NCBI GenBank assembly: GCA_018715625.1
Contig: DVLG01000044.1
Span: 5,456 to 69,455, forward strand
Source: Candidatus Scatovivens faecipullorum
GTDB taxonomy: Bacteria > Bacillota > Clostridia > TANB77 > CAG-508
Direction of reading: 5' to 3'
DNA length: 64,000 nt
In this document: positions 37,906 through 48,133 of the stretch, in pieces
How positions within the stretch are numbered: the stretch's first letter is position 1
Layout: each line of letters starts with the position of its first letter
Position numbers and translations under genes: made by a program
Notes under the pieces: model-generated
The model's database searches: none
What the model was told of the DNA's origin: nothing
The model's input: only the letters and a program-made list of their open reading frames with translations

Positions 37906-38697
37906 TTAGTTTTGGATTGTATTATTTTCTACTAAATTTTTTGTTGTATTAGCATTTGTTATATTTGTATCTTCATTAACAGTATTAGTTTCTAAATTTA
38001 CATTATCTTTTCCATCTAAAATTACTTCTCCTGTTTCGTAGTTTATTAGCGTATAATTTTTAGTATCTGGTAATTCAACATCTCTTAATTTTGTAGCTAA
38101 AAATTTTAGTTCATAATCATACTCAAAAACTTCTCCATTTTCAAATTCTACTTTTGCTTTAATTGGATTTTTTCGATCTTTAGTAATCCAAACTGTTTTT
38201 TTGGCTTTTTGTTCATTATCTTCTATTACATAGCATTTTTGGTTATCTAATTTTTCAGATTTTATTTTAATTTTCAAGTTACATGCCATTAGAACTCTTT
38301 CAAAAAAACTTTTGTTATATCCTGGTACTAAACTTGCAAACATTGAATCAGAAACTAATGATATAGAATTTTCTCCTTCTATATCCAAAACATATAGTTT
38401 ATTATTAACTTCATCTACCATATATGCATCTTTTTCATCCACCCAAGTATATACACCGTTTGAAGCAATATTTTTTCCAATTCCATCCTTATAATATACT
38501 TGTGTAACGGTTTTTTCTCCTTTGCTATTTGTTAATGTAGTTTTTAAAGAATAATTTTTTATTTCTATATTTTCATCTATTTTTTTAAAAATACTTTGTA
38601 TAACATAAAATCTATATATTGCCATAATGCCAAATATTAAGCCTATTATTATTGCTAAGCTTATCATAATTATTAAAAATTTTATTTTTTTACTCAT
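37906..38697 (-). CDS. hypothetical membrane-anchored protein
   Basis: About 263 aa with an N-terminal TM and no recognised motif. ATG 38697, with a GAGAGGAA RBS, is preferred. Confidence 0.5.
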   Translation of the reverse strand: MSKKIKFLIIMISLAIIIGLIFGIMAIYRFYVIQSIFKKIDENIEIKNYSLKTTLTNSKGEKTVTQVYYKDGIGKNIASNGVYTWVDEKDAYMVDEVNNKLYVLDIEGENSISLVSDSMFASLVPGYNKSFFERVLMACNLKIKIKSEKLDNQKCYVIEDNEQKAKKTVWITKDRKNPIKAKVEFENGEVFEYDYELKFLATKLRDVELPDTKNYTLINYETGEVILDGKDNVNLETNTVNEDTNITNANTTKNLVENNTIQN

Positions 38698-38787
38698 TTT
38701 AGTTCCTCTCAATTTATTATAATAATATTATTTTACTATTGTATTAGATTTTTTTCAATCAAAAATAAATTTCATGTTTATATAAGA

Positions 38788-38813
38788 AGATGGCAATTAT
38801 AAAATTGCCATCT
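38788..38813 (-). terminator. hairpin downstream of tyrS
   Basis: AGATGGCAAT-6 nt-ATTGCCATCT. Only a weak T-run follows. Confidence 0.45.
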
Positions 38814-38898
38814 CTGCTCTTGAAGTTAACTTTTTTAATCTTTAGCTATTAATACATTCTTATCACATTTCTATACTAAAAATATTTTTATGTATATT

Positions 38899-40113
38899 TT
38901 ATTTTTCTAATTTATGAAATACTTTTTTACCTTTCTTTAAAATAGCATATCCATCTTCAAAATCGTCTTCACTTAGTTTATATGAAATATCCTCTACTTT
39001 ATTATCATTTAAAGTAATTCCACCTTGTAAAATTAAAGTTTTTGCTTGACCTTTTGATGGAGCCATGCCAACAGTCACTATTGCATCTAAAATTGAAATG
39101 TTAATGTTTTCTAATTTTGTTGATGGCATATTGTCAATGTTTCCACCATTTCCAAATAAAGCTTCAGCAGCTTCCTCTGCTTTTTTAGCTTCTTCCTCAC
39201 CATGAATTAATTTTGTGATTTCATAGGCAGCAATTTTTTTAGCTTCATTTATTTTTTCGTCTTTTAATGATGATAATCTTTCTACTTCTTCCATTGGTAA
39301 AAATGTTAATAAACTCAACACTTTCTTTACCTCTGTATCTCCAATATTTCTCCAATATTGATAAAATTCATAAGGTGAAGTTTTTTCTGGATTTAACCAT
39401 AAAGCACCTTTTGCTGTTTTTCCCATTTTCTTACCTTCTGCTGTTGTAAGAAGTTTGAAGGTTAATCCATAAGAATCTTCTGCACCAATTTTTCTAATTA
39501 GTTCAACACCACCAATTATGTTAGACCACTGATCATTTCCTCCAATTTGTAATTTGCAATTATATTTATCGTGTAAATATAAGAAGTCATAACTTTGTAG
39601 TAACAAATATCCCATTTCAAAAAATGTCAAACCAGTTTCTAATCTTGTTTTATAACACTCTTGAGCAAGCATTTTGCTTACTGTAAAATGTGATCCTATC
39701 TCTCTCATAAAGTCTATATATTTTAAATCTAATAGCCAATCTGCATTGTTTACTATAATTGCTGCATTTTCTCCTTCAAAAGAAACAAATCTTTCTGCTT
39801 GCTTTTTTATTGCTTCAACATTTGAATCTAATTGTTCTCTTGTAAGCATTTGACGCATATCTGTTCTCCCTGATGGATCTCCTATTGTTGCTGTTCCTCC
39901 ACCCATTAATATAATTGGTTTATGTCCAGCCTTTTGTAATCTAGAAGCTACCATTAATGCTACAAAATGTCCAATATGCATACTATTTGCTGTTGGATCA
40001 ATTCCTATGTAAAAACTAACACTTTCTTTTTGAAAAAGTTTTCTTATTTCTTCTTCATGTGTTAATTGCTCAATATATCCTCTTTCTTCAAGTTCTTTTA
40101 TTATATCTGTCAT
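38899..40113 (-). CDS. tyrS: tyrosine--tRNA ligase
   Basis: 404 aa. HIGH-type MHIGHF, KMSKS-type KMGKT, C-terminal S4 domain. Confidence 0.95.
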   Translation of the reverse strand: MTDIIKELEERGYIEQLTHEEEIRKLFQKESVSFYIGIDPTANSMHIGHFVALMVASRLQKAGHKPIILMGGGTATIGDPSGRTDMRQMLTREQLDSNVEAIKKQAERFVSFEGENAAIIVNNADWLLDLKYIDFMREIGSHFTVSKMLAQECYKTRLETGLTFFEMGYLLLQSYDFLYLHDKYNCKLQIGGNDQWSNIIGGVELIRKIGAEDSYGLTFKLLTTAEGKKMGKTAKGALWLNPEKTSPYEFYQYWRNIGDTEVKKVLSLLTFLPMEEVERLSSLKDEKINEAKKIAAYEITKLIHGEEEAKKAEEAAEALFGNGGNIDNMPSTKLENINISILDAIVTVGMAPSKGQAKTLILQGGITLNDNKVEDISYKLSEDDFEDGYAILKKGKKVFHKLEK

Positions 40114-40132
40114 CTATGCTATCCCCCTAATA

Positions 40133-40420
40133 TTATAAGCTAATTTTTCCGTCTACTAATTTTTCGTTTATACCACCAGCATTTTCTTCTGGTACATATA
40201 TACTGCTAAATTCTTCATAGCCTAAATATCGATTTAAATTTCTTGCACTAATACCAGTTGAAGCTGAAATTTCCATTTTAGAAATTCCTTTTGAATATCC
40301 TTCTGCAAAAAATCCTTTTAATTTACTTAAATCTGCAACATCTTTTCTTTCACATTCGTTGCATACATCTACATCTGATGCAAAAAATTTACCACAACGA
40401 GCACATCTTTTTAATTCCAT
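40133..40420 (-). CDS. small zinc-ribbon plus HTH-like protein of unknown function
   Basis: 95 aa. CARCGK...CNEC zinc ribbon followed by a helix-turn-helix-like segment (ISASTGISARNLNRYL). Ends 19 nt upstream of tyrS. Confidence 0.5.
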   Translation of the reverse strand: MELKRCARCGKFFASDVDVCNECERKDVADLSKLKGFFAEGYSKGISKMEISASTGISARNLNRYLGYEEFSSIYVPEENAGGINEKLVDGKISL

Positions 40421-40576
40421 AAATTAGTCCTCCTATACATTATTTTACACAATAATTTAATTTAAAACATTTTATCACATAAATTTTTAAAAGTCCAGCA
40501 AATATATTAACTTATATATCTTGTTTTATTAAATTTACAAACTAATTTTACGAGTAATTTAAAATTCACTTTTTAT

Positions 40577-41551
40577 TTAATTTTGATAGTATATTTGTTC
40601 TTCTTCTATCAAATCATATATTGATAATTCTTTTCTATTTTTTTCTTTATCCGTCATTTTTACTGCAGTAATCTGATTATTAGTATAAGTTTTATAATAA
40701 TATATTCCTTTTGTAGTGTTTATACAGCAGGAATATACAGTTATATCATTTTTTCCTTCTTTTGTAATTACAGTTCCTTTAACCATAGAAACAGAATCTA
40801 AAATGTGAAAAAATTGAGATACAGAAGAATTTTCATCTTTATCACAAACTGAATTAAACTTGTTAAATACTGCTCTAATAAATCTTGAAGTTGGAGAATT
40901 ATCACCAGGTAAACCAATAGCGCCCATTCCTTGTCCAAAATTTTCTATTTCCAGTTTATTTGAAAACCTATTTTCCGCACTATTTGGTGTTAAATTAATA
41001 TAATTATTAATATTTGTTAAATGATAATCAAAACTTGGATTATTAGTAAGTACACCAGTTAAATTATCATGAATTTTTAAACCATCATCAGTTTGCTCTA
41101 AGACAATACATTCTTTTTTATCGCTTATCATCCAATGCAAATCAGTAACTGGAAAATTTTCACTAAAAGGTATATTAGTAATATTTAAATTTAGCAACTC
41201 TTTTTTCATTTCTTCTATATTTTCATATAATCCCAAAAAATATGGAATAAGTTCATAAGGAGCCAAATTAAGTTTTGATGAATTAGTATCAAAAAATTTA
41301 GCATTTCCCGGAAAATATAATCCAGCTATCGACAATCCTTTTTCATTACTTGCTTCAGCATATAATGGGTAATTTTTTACTACTGTTGCCATACCAATTA
41401 TTGAATATTTTGTACGAATTTTCATTTCATTTTTTAATTCAAATTCATAATTTCTTGGTGTTATTACAACTTTTTCATTAAATCTATATTCCAAATCTAA
41501 ATTTCTACCAAAATAATTATCCTCTGTTTTTAAATTTAGGCAAGTACACAT
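40577..41551 (-). CDS. choloylglycine hydrolase family Ntn-hydrolase (bile-salt hydrolase / penicillin V acylase-like)
   Basis: 324 aa. MCT... gives the Cys2 nucleophile. FGRNLDLEY motif present. Confidence 0.85.
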   Translation of the reverse strand: MCTCLNLKTEDNYFGRNLDLEYRFNEKVVITPRNYEFELKNEMKIRTKYSIIGMATVVKNYPLYAEASNEKGLSIAGLYFPGNAKFFDTNSSKLNLAPYELIPYFLGLYENIEEMKKELLNLNITNIPFSENFPVTDLHWMISDKKECIVLEQTDDGLKIHDNLTGVLTNNPSFDYHLTNINNYINLTPNSAENRFSNKLEIENFGQGMGAIGLPGDNSPTSRFIRAVFNKFNSVCDKDENSSVSQFFHILDSVSMVKGTVITKEGKNDITVYSCCINTTKGIYYYKTYTNNQITAVKMTDKEKNRKELSIYDLIEEEQIYYQN

Positions 41552-41568
41552 TATATTTTCTCCTTTAA

Positions 41569-42774
41569 CTACAAAATTCTATCAATAAATTGTAAGGTAA
41601 GATTTAAATCATACCAAGATTCATAAATAGAATCCGTTACTTTATTTGGAATTTCAAAAGCAGTTGCATAAGCTAAATATTTATCCCAAACTATTGTTGA
41701 ACTTAAATCTCTGTCTTTCATTAAACTATATTCATCAATATAATTTTTAAGTTTTAACAATTTCAATTTTTCTTTTTTTCCTTTATCTGTTAAGACAACA
41801 TCTTTACTATTTTTTATAATAATTATATTTAATACAGCTGTTAATAAAACAAGTAAAATCATTTGTGGTTTATATATTATAATTTTTCCTATTGTTAAAA
41901 TTAAAGAAACTATTATACATATTATAAATATATATATTTTTCTTTTTTCACTTTTAAATGCATTAGTTTCTTTCTGCTCTAACATAGAAGTACCTTTATA
42001 TAAGTAATATATGTATACTCCTATTAATAATATGTTAACTGTAACTAAAGCTTCTAGTGCATTTAAAAAACCTGAAAGTATTAAAATTAAATTTATTATC
42101 AAAAATAATGATAACCCAGTTATAACTTTATTAATTAAAGTTTTTTTAGCAGAAAAAATTCTAATATTATATAATTTTTCTACAATTAAATCTTTTATAA
42201 TCTTGATTTGCTTGCTAAATTCTACTGTTTTTTCATTAGATTTTTTAAATATATTATTAATATCTTTAAAAGCCACTACATTACTGTCTTGAAATATTAA
42301 ATCTACAATTTTGGATTCATAAAATTCTAAATTTCCTGTAGACAAAAGTCTTAAAGTATTATTATTTATTATTTCTATGTTTCCTCTAGTACTTAAATCT
42401 ATAATTGTTGACATTATTAAATGCTTTATTTCTATTTTTCCATCAACTACAACTTCTGCAAGTGAAGGAGAAATTAAATTTTCTACTTCTCTTGAAATTT
42501 GTTTAGTTTTTTCATTTCTATGCATCATATCAAAATTAATTATAAATAATAAAATCGTTATTCCTAAAATTATACATGCAATTCCTTGTTCTTTTTCTAT
42601 AACGATTTTTTCTCCTGATGTTAATTTTGCATCCTTTTTCTCTATATATGTAGTATTGTCTTCTAAATTAATCATTATACTATGAGTTTGCATATATACA
42701 CATATAACAGCAAGTATTATTACTGTTAGAAAAATTAATACTTCAAACAAAATATTTTTTATTGACTCTTTCAT
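41569..42774 (-). CDS. DUF2207-like multi-TM membrane protein
   Basis: 401 aa. The C-terminal WDKYLAYATAFEIPNKV is typical of that family. Confidence 0.5.
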   Translation of the reverse strand: MKESIKNILFEVLIFLTVIILAVICVYMQTHSIMINLEDNTTYIEKKDAKLTSGEKIVIEKEQGIACIILGITILLFIINFDMMHRNEKTKQISREVENLISPSLAEVVVDGKIEIKHLIMSTIIDLSTRGNIEIINNNTLRLLSTGNLEFYESKIVDLIFQDSNVVAFKDINNIFKKSNEKTVEFSKQIKIIKDLIVEKLYNIRIFSAKKTLINKVITGLSLFLIINLILILSGFLNALEALVTVNILLIGVYIYYLYKGTSMLEQKETNAFKSEKRKIYIFIICIIVSLILTIGKIIIYKPQMILLVLLTAVLNIIIIKNSKDVVLTDKGKKEKLKLLKLKNYIDEYSLMKDRDLSSTIVWDKYLAYATAFEIPNKVTDSIYESWYDLNLTLQFIDRIL

Positions 42775-42808
42775 TTTTACTTCTCCAAATTAAATAAAGT
42801 TTATTATT

Positions 42809-44032
42809 CTACTTATTTTCAACTAATAATTTCATTTTTAATAATTTAAAAAGCCTTACTATAAATTTCTTTATATTCTCTAAAATTACAACAATCACTA
42901 TTGAAAGTATTAAAGTAAAAATTAAACCTATCGCTAAGTATGCAAGTTCAAAGATAAACTTCTCTATTTTTTCAAATTTATACAAATCAACTTTTGCAAG
43001 TATTAAGTAATGTACTAGATATATTCCAAAAGTTCTATTACTTATCCATAAAATTATATTACTTAATTTTTTATTTTTTATTTCAAAAGAATATAAGAAC
43101 ATGAATAAAAATAAACCTGAAATTATATTTATTGAAGTATATTTCCATTCCATAAAATTTTCTCTGCCTACAATATCTGTTAAATAATTTAGTACCATAT
43201 ATTGCATTTCAATTTTATATCTTAAAAGATTAATTCCAACATATCCTATTAAAGAAATTATGCATAATTTTTTATTATTTTTAATTTTATCTTTATGTGC
43301 AAATAGCTCATAACCCAATAGGACATATAAAATTTCTGTAGGAATTAAACTTAAAATATTAATTGCTCCAATGTTTGGTATTGTAATAAATCTCTGGATA
43401 TCTCCTAAGACTATTTTTAAAATAGAAAGTCCTATCATTATTCTTCTGGCAAGTTTTGATTCTTTTGTTTCTTTACAAACTAACCAAAGTACAGGAATCC
43501 AAATTACTATTTTTACATAAGAATATATATACCAAAGATGAGCACAAGTTGGATTTAAATATGTAACATCTGCTTTTAAAATAGACTCCAAAATTTCCAA
43601 AGCATTTATATTAAAATTCTTTATACACCACATAAAACTTTCTTGATTTACTATAAATGGATAAAACACTTGTGTAAATAAAACAAATAAAAAACTTGGC
43701 AATAAAATTTTTAAAGCTGTGCTTTTCCAAATTTTTTTATAACTACGACCATTTACTAAAAAAAATCCAGTTATCATAAAAAATAGTGGAACCCCATCTG
43801 TTAAAAAGCTTTTTTCTAATAGCCTACTCCAATCTATTCTATTATAACATTGATTTAAAACTTGCAAACATAGATGAGTTCCTATAACTGTCAAACATGC
43901 TATTACACGAATTAAATCTATTGATATATCTCTTTTACTTTTTAGTTCATCATTATTATTTTGTTGAATTTTTTTCACATTTTTTTCTTGGCTAATTGAA
44001 CCTTTCTCTTTTTCTAATACTTTCATATTCAT
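42809..44032 (-). CDS. acyltransferase family 3 (membrane O-acyltransferase)
   Basis: 407 aa with about 10 TM segments. N-terminal RDISIDLIRVIACLTVIGTH motif. Confidence 0.8.
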   Translation of the reverse strand: MNMKVLEKEKGSISQEKNVKKIQQNNNDELKSKRDISIDLIRVIACLTVIGTHLCLQVLNQCYNRIDWSRLLEKSFLTDGVPLFFMITGFFLVNGRSYKKIWKSTALKILLPSFLFVLFTQVFYPFIVNQESFMWCIKNFNINALEILESILKADVTYLNPTCAHLWYIYSYVKIVIWIPVLWLVCKETKESKLARRIMIGLSILKIVLGDIQRFITIPNIGAINILSLIPTEILYVLLGYELFAHKDKIKNNKKLCIISLIGYVGINLLRYKIEMQYMVLNYLTDIVGRENFMEWKYTSINIISGLFLFMFLYSFEIKNKKLSNIILWISNRTFGIYLVHYLILAKVDLYKFEKIEKFIFELAYLAIGLIFTLILSIVIVVILENIKKFIVRLFKLLKMKLLVENK

Positions 44033-44195
44033 ATTTCCTTAAACTTCATTTTATTTTAAAACTATTTATAAATTTAAAATACTTAATGTTTTATAAAATT
44101 TACTATTTATTACAATTTTAAATTTATTCTAATAGATATTATCTTATTAGTTTTTATCTAATTTTATCTCAATTTTTAATTCTCATATTTGAATA

Positions 44196-45230
44196 CTATT
44201 TTAAGTAAGTTTTAACTATTCCTTTTCCATTCTCAGAAGTTATTTCTAAAATTGCTCCATTTACTATTGCAAGTTGTGGAGAAACATGACCTATATCAGC
44301 ATCACAAATTATAGGAATATTTAAATCTCCTAAAACATCTTTTACAGTCTCATTAAAACTTATATCATAATCATTTCTGATGAATAAAGGTCTTCCGAAA
44401 ATAATTCCATTACAATTTTTAAAATAATCGGCATTTTTCATTTGCCATAAAAGTCTAAATAGACTTGGTGTACTCATTTCAAAAGCTTCCAAAAACCAAA
44501 CTATGCCATCTTTTTTATGTTTTTCTATATAATTTTTTACATTATCATATTTAGTTCCAATAAAATTTTGAATACAGTCTAAACAACCTCCAATAGAACG
44601 ACCTTTTATTTTTATTACATTTCCACCACATATATTTTTCCATTCAACTTTTTCTGTCAAATTATATGGGGCACATGGATCTATGTTTTCTATTGTAGTG
44701 TTATCACTATAAAAAGGTTTTTCAAATAATTCAAATGATTTTTGAATTATTTCTTTGCCTGACTCTATTTTTAAGGCATCTGTTAAACTTTTATGAAGAG
44801 GTTTCATTGCATAGTCTTTCACTGTTTGACAATACATTGTTGGAACATCTAATATAGTATTAAAAAGAAAACTAATTCCTGTAATATCTGAATATCCTTG
44901 TAACCATTTAGGTTGTATTTTCTTTAATTTGTCAAAATCTAAATAATCTATCATCTCACATAAAAAATCACCACCAGAAGCAAAAATGATTAACTTTACG
45001 TCATCATTTTCCATAAGTTCCATAAACTCTTTTGCTCTAATTTCTGCTGAAGCACTTCTTCCTCTTTCATCTTTTCTAACACTATCTGTTTCTATAACTT
45101 TATAACCTAAATCTTTTAGTTGTTTAATTGCAGGTTCTAATCTAATTATTTTTTCAGGTTTAGCAACTCCTGCTGATGGCGCACATATTCCTATTGTATC
45201 TCCCTTTTTTAATTTTTCAGGATAATTCAT
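44196..45230 (-). CDS. S66 family LD-carboxypeptidase (LdcA/MccF-like)
   Basis: 344 aa. KKGDTIGICAPS..., the nucleophile elbow GYSDITG, and a C-terminal DIGH. Confidence 0.8.
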   Translation of the reverse strand: MNYPEKLKKGDTIGICAPSAGVAKPEKIIRLEPAIKQLKDLGYKVIETDSVRKDERGRSASAEIRAKEFMELMENDDVKLIIFASGGDFLCEMIDYLDFDKLKKIQPKWLQGYSDITGISFLFNTILDVPTMYCQTVKDYAMKPLHKSLTDALKIESGKEIIQKSFELFEKPFYSDNTTIENIDPCAPYNLTEKVEWKNICGGNVIKIKGRSIGGCLDCIQNFIGTKYDNVKNYIEKHKKDGIVWFLEAFEMSTPSLFRLLWQMKNADYFKNCNGIIFGRPLFIRNDYDISFNETVKDVLGDLNIPIICDADIGHVSPQLAIVNGAILEITSENGKGIVKTYLK

Positions 45231-45357
45231 ATTTACCTCCTTAGGTTCTTTTTAATTTTAATGTTATATAAAGTATATTTTTCCAGTTATCATATTCATG
45301 AAATTATTTCATGCTAAAATATTAAAATTTATATAATATATTATTTAACATTTATCT

Positions 45358-46422
45358 TTAATGATTTTTTATCATTTCTTGTATTTCAGTTTCTAAAACT
45401 TCAATCATTTTATCTTGTGGTATTTTTTTGATAATTTCTCCTTTTTTGAAAAGTAAACCTTCTCCTTTTCCTCCTGCAATTCCAATATCTGCTTCCCTTG
45501 CCTCACCTGGACCATTTACAGCACACCCCATAATTGCAACAGTAATATCTGCTTCTATATTCTGCAAAAATTTTTCAATTTCTTTAGCAATAGGAATTAA
45601 ATCATATTGAATTCTACCACAAGTAGGACATGAAACAAGTTTAGGACTATTTTTATATAAATTACAATTTTTAAGAATCTCTTTACAAACAGGGATTTCT
45701 TCTGTTGGATCGTCTGATAAAGAAACTCTTATCGTATCACCAATACCTTGTCTTAATAATATTCCTAAACCAATACTAGATTTTATTGTTCCACTAAAAC
45801 TAGTACCTGCTTCTGTTATTCCCAAATGTAAAGGATAATTAAAAACTTCTGCTGCTTTTTCATAGGCTTCTACACACATATCTAAATTAGATGCTTTAAG
45901 AGATATAGCAATATCATAAAAATCTAATTTTTCTAATATTTCAATATGTTTTTTTGCACTTTCTACCATAGCATCACTACATGGTCTTCCATATTTTTCT
46001 AATAATTCTGGCTCTAAAGAACCTGCATTCACTCCTATTCTTATAGGAATTTTATTTTTTTTACAGGCTTCTACAACTGCTTTTGTTTTTTCTTCATCTC
46101 CAATATTACCTGGGTTAATACGAATTTTATCAACTCCAGATTCAATAGCTTCAAGTGCAATTTTATAATCAAAATGTATATCTGCAACAATAGGAATATG
46201 TATTTGTTTTTTTATTTCTTTGATTGCTTTTGCATCTTCTATATCTAAACAAGCAACTCTAATTATTTCACATCCTATTTTTTCCAATTTTAAAATTTGT
46301 TCTACTGTTGCCTTAACATCTTTAGTTTTTGTATTACACATTGATTGTATAACAACTTTGTTTTGTCCACCTATTTGTACATTTCCTACAAATATTGGTC
46401 TTGTTTCAGTTCTTTTATTCAT
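45358..46422 (-). CDS. ispG: 4-hydroxy-3-methylbut-2-en-1-yl diphosphate synthase
   Basis: [12 protein letters not shown]...RVSLSDDP...SCPTCGR...[12 protein letters not shown] 46422, with a GGAGG RBS, is preferred over the track start. Confidence 0.95.
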   Translation of the reverse strand: MNKRTETRPIFVGNVQIGGQNKVVIQSMCNTKTKDVKATVEQILKLEKIGCEIIRVACLDIEDAKAIKEIKKQIHIPIVADIHFDYKIALEAIESGVDKIRINPGNIGDEEKTKAVVEACKKNKIPIRIGVNAGSLEPELLEKYGRPCSDAMVESAKKHIEILEKLDFYDIAISLKASNLDMCVEAYEKAAEVFNYPLHLGITEAGTSFSGTIKSSIGLGILLRQGIGDTIRVSLSDDPTEEIPVCKEILKNCNLYKNSPKLVSCPTCGRIQYDLIPIAKEIEKFLQNIEADITVAIMGCAVNGPGEAREADIGIAGGKGEGLLFKKGEIIKKIPQDKMIEVLETEIQEMIKNH

Positions 46423-46509
46423 TTTAATCCTCCAATTATTACTACAAATAAACATAGTTATTTTATCATATATCTTTTTTATATGCTAGGTATTTTATAG
46501 AAATAAATA

Positions 46510-46557
46510 TAAAAACAAACTGACAGCCAAGAGTTTAATTACTCTCCTAGCTGTCAG
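46510..46557 (-). terminator. rho-independent terminator after truB
   Basis: Minus strand: CTGACAGC-TAGGAGAG...CTCTTG-GCTGTCAG followed by TTTGTTTTT. Confidence 0.8.
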
Positions 46558-46632
46558 ACGGTTATTCTTTTGGAATTAATTAATTGTGTCTAAAATAAAT
46601 GAACTTACTCCTTGGGTTCAAAAAATGTCAAA

Positions 46633-47508
46633 TTATATTATAACATCTCTTTTTAGCAAATTATTTTTTATAGTTCCTGTTCCTAAATAAACATTATTAT
46701 TATAAATATTATATAACCCCTCTTTATTTTCAATGCTTAACATTACTCCATTTAAGAATAATTCTTTTTTTCTATTATTTAAAGATATTTGGGGTAAATC
46801 TTTAAATATAGTTTCCATATTAATTAGACTTCTTTCTAAAAACATTTTATTATCTTTATTTTTTTCTAAGTCTTCTAAAGTTACTGAATCTCTAATATCA
46901 AAATCATCAACTTTAATTCTTTCTAAATTACTCATATAACCAACTGTATCTAATTTATTTGCAATATCTTCACACAAAACTCTTATATATGTACCTTTAG
47001 AGCAATTCACTTCAAACTCAATTTCTTTTTCTTCTAAGTTTATATTTTTTAATTTAATGCTATATATTTCAATTTCCCTTTCTGGAATTTCGACTTTTTT
47101 TCCTTCTCTTGCATATTCATATAATTTTTTTCCATTTACTTTTATTGCAGAATAAATTGGAGGAATTTGTTTTTGTCTACCTGAAAATTTTTTTAAAATT
47201 TCTTCTACATTTTCTTTATTTAAATTATTTTCTAAAACTTCTTTTTCTTCTATAGTCTTACCTTCTTCATCTCCAGTATCTTTTTTTTCTCCCAACTTAA
47301 TCTTTGCTAAATAAATTTTATCATGTTCAATTAAATACTTAGAAAGTTTTGTGTAGTTACCTAACATTATAGGTAAAACACCTGTTGCTAATGGATCTAA
47401 AGTTCCAGTATGTCCAGCTTTTTTTATGTTCAAGATTTTTTTTACCTTTGATACAACATCTTGAGAAGTATAGCCTTGTGGTTTGTTAATTATTAAAATT
47501 CCCTGCAT
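46633..47508 (-). CDS. truB: tRNA pseudouridine(55) synthase
   Basis: 291 aa. GHTGTLDPLATG catalytic motif. Confidence 0.95.
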   Translation of the reverse strand: MQGILIINKPQGYTSQDVVSKVKKILNIKKAGHTGTLDPLATGVLPIMLGNYTKLSKYLIEHDKIYLAKIKLGEKKDTGDEEGKTIEEKEVLENNLNKENVEEILKKFSGRQKQIPPIYSAIKVNGKKLYEYAREGKKVEIPEREIEIYSIKLKNINLEEKEIEFEVNCSKGTYIRVLCEDIANKLDTVGYMSNLERIKVDDFDIRDSVTLEDLEKNKDNKMFLERSLINMETIFKDLPQISLNNRKKELFLNGVMLSIENKEGLYNIYNNNVYLGTGTIKNNLLKRDVII

Positions 47509-47520
47509 AAATAACCCCTT

Positions 47521-48003
47521 TTACCAATGATATGTTTCATTATTTGAAATCTTAAAACTTCTAAACAATTGTTCCAGCAAAAAAATTCTTATTAATTGAT
47601 GGGGAAATGTCATTTTAGAAAAACATATTAATTCATTAGAATTTTTAAGTATCTCATCTGTTAGTCCTAAAGTACCACCTATAATAAAATTTATTGTGCT
47701 AAAACCATTAACAGTAATAGTTTCTATTTTTTGAGCAAATTCTTCTGATTTATATTGTTTACCTCTTAAATCCAATGCTATTGTATAAGAATCTTTTTTT
47801 ATGTTAGACAATATTTTACTACATTCTTTATTCTTTATATCTTCTATATTATTATTATTTATTTTACTTGGTAATTTTTCATCAGCAACTTCAATAATAT
47901 TTAAGTTGCAATACTTTGATAATCTTTTTGAGTATTCTAAGCTTGCTTCTTTCAAATAATTTTCTTTCATCTTTCCAACACAAATTATATTTATATTTAA
48001 CAT
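47521..48003 (-). CDS. rlmH: 23S rRNA (pseudouridine1915-N3)-methyltransferase
   Basis: SPOUT family. MLNINIICVGK...EY.KR... and the C-terminal FSKMTFPHQL.R..L.EQ.FR pattern. Confidence 0.9.
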   Translation of the reverse strand: MLNINIICVGKMKENYLKEASLEYSKRLSKYCNLNIIEVADEKLPSKINNNNIEDIKNKECSKILSNIKKDSYTIALDLRGKQYKSEEFAQKIETITVNGFSTINFIIGGTLGLTDEILKNSNELICFSKMTFPHQLIRIFLLEQLFRSFKISNNETYHW

Positions 48004-48133
48004 ATCAATCACCCTTAATTTTTAAAAAATTATTTATAATTATAATAGTTTTCATATGATTATCTACAATACTTGTAAAAGTCTACTAATTATATAAATA
48101 TTTAAACTATTAGGTATATACTTCTCTATATTT

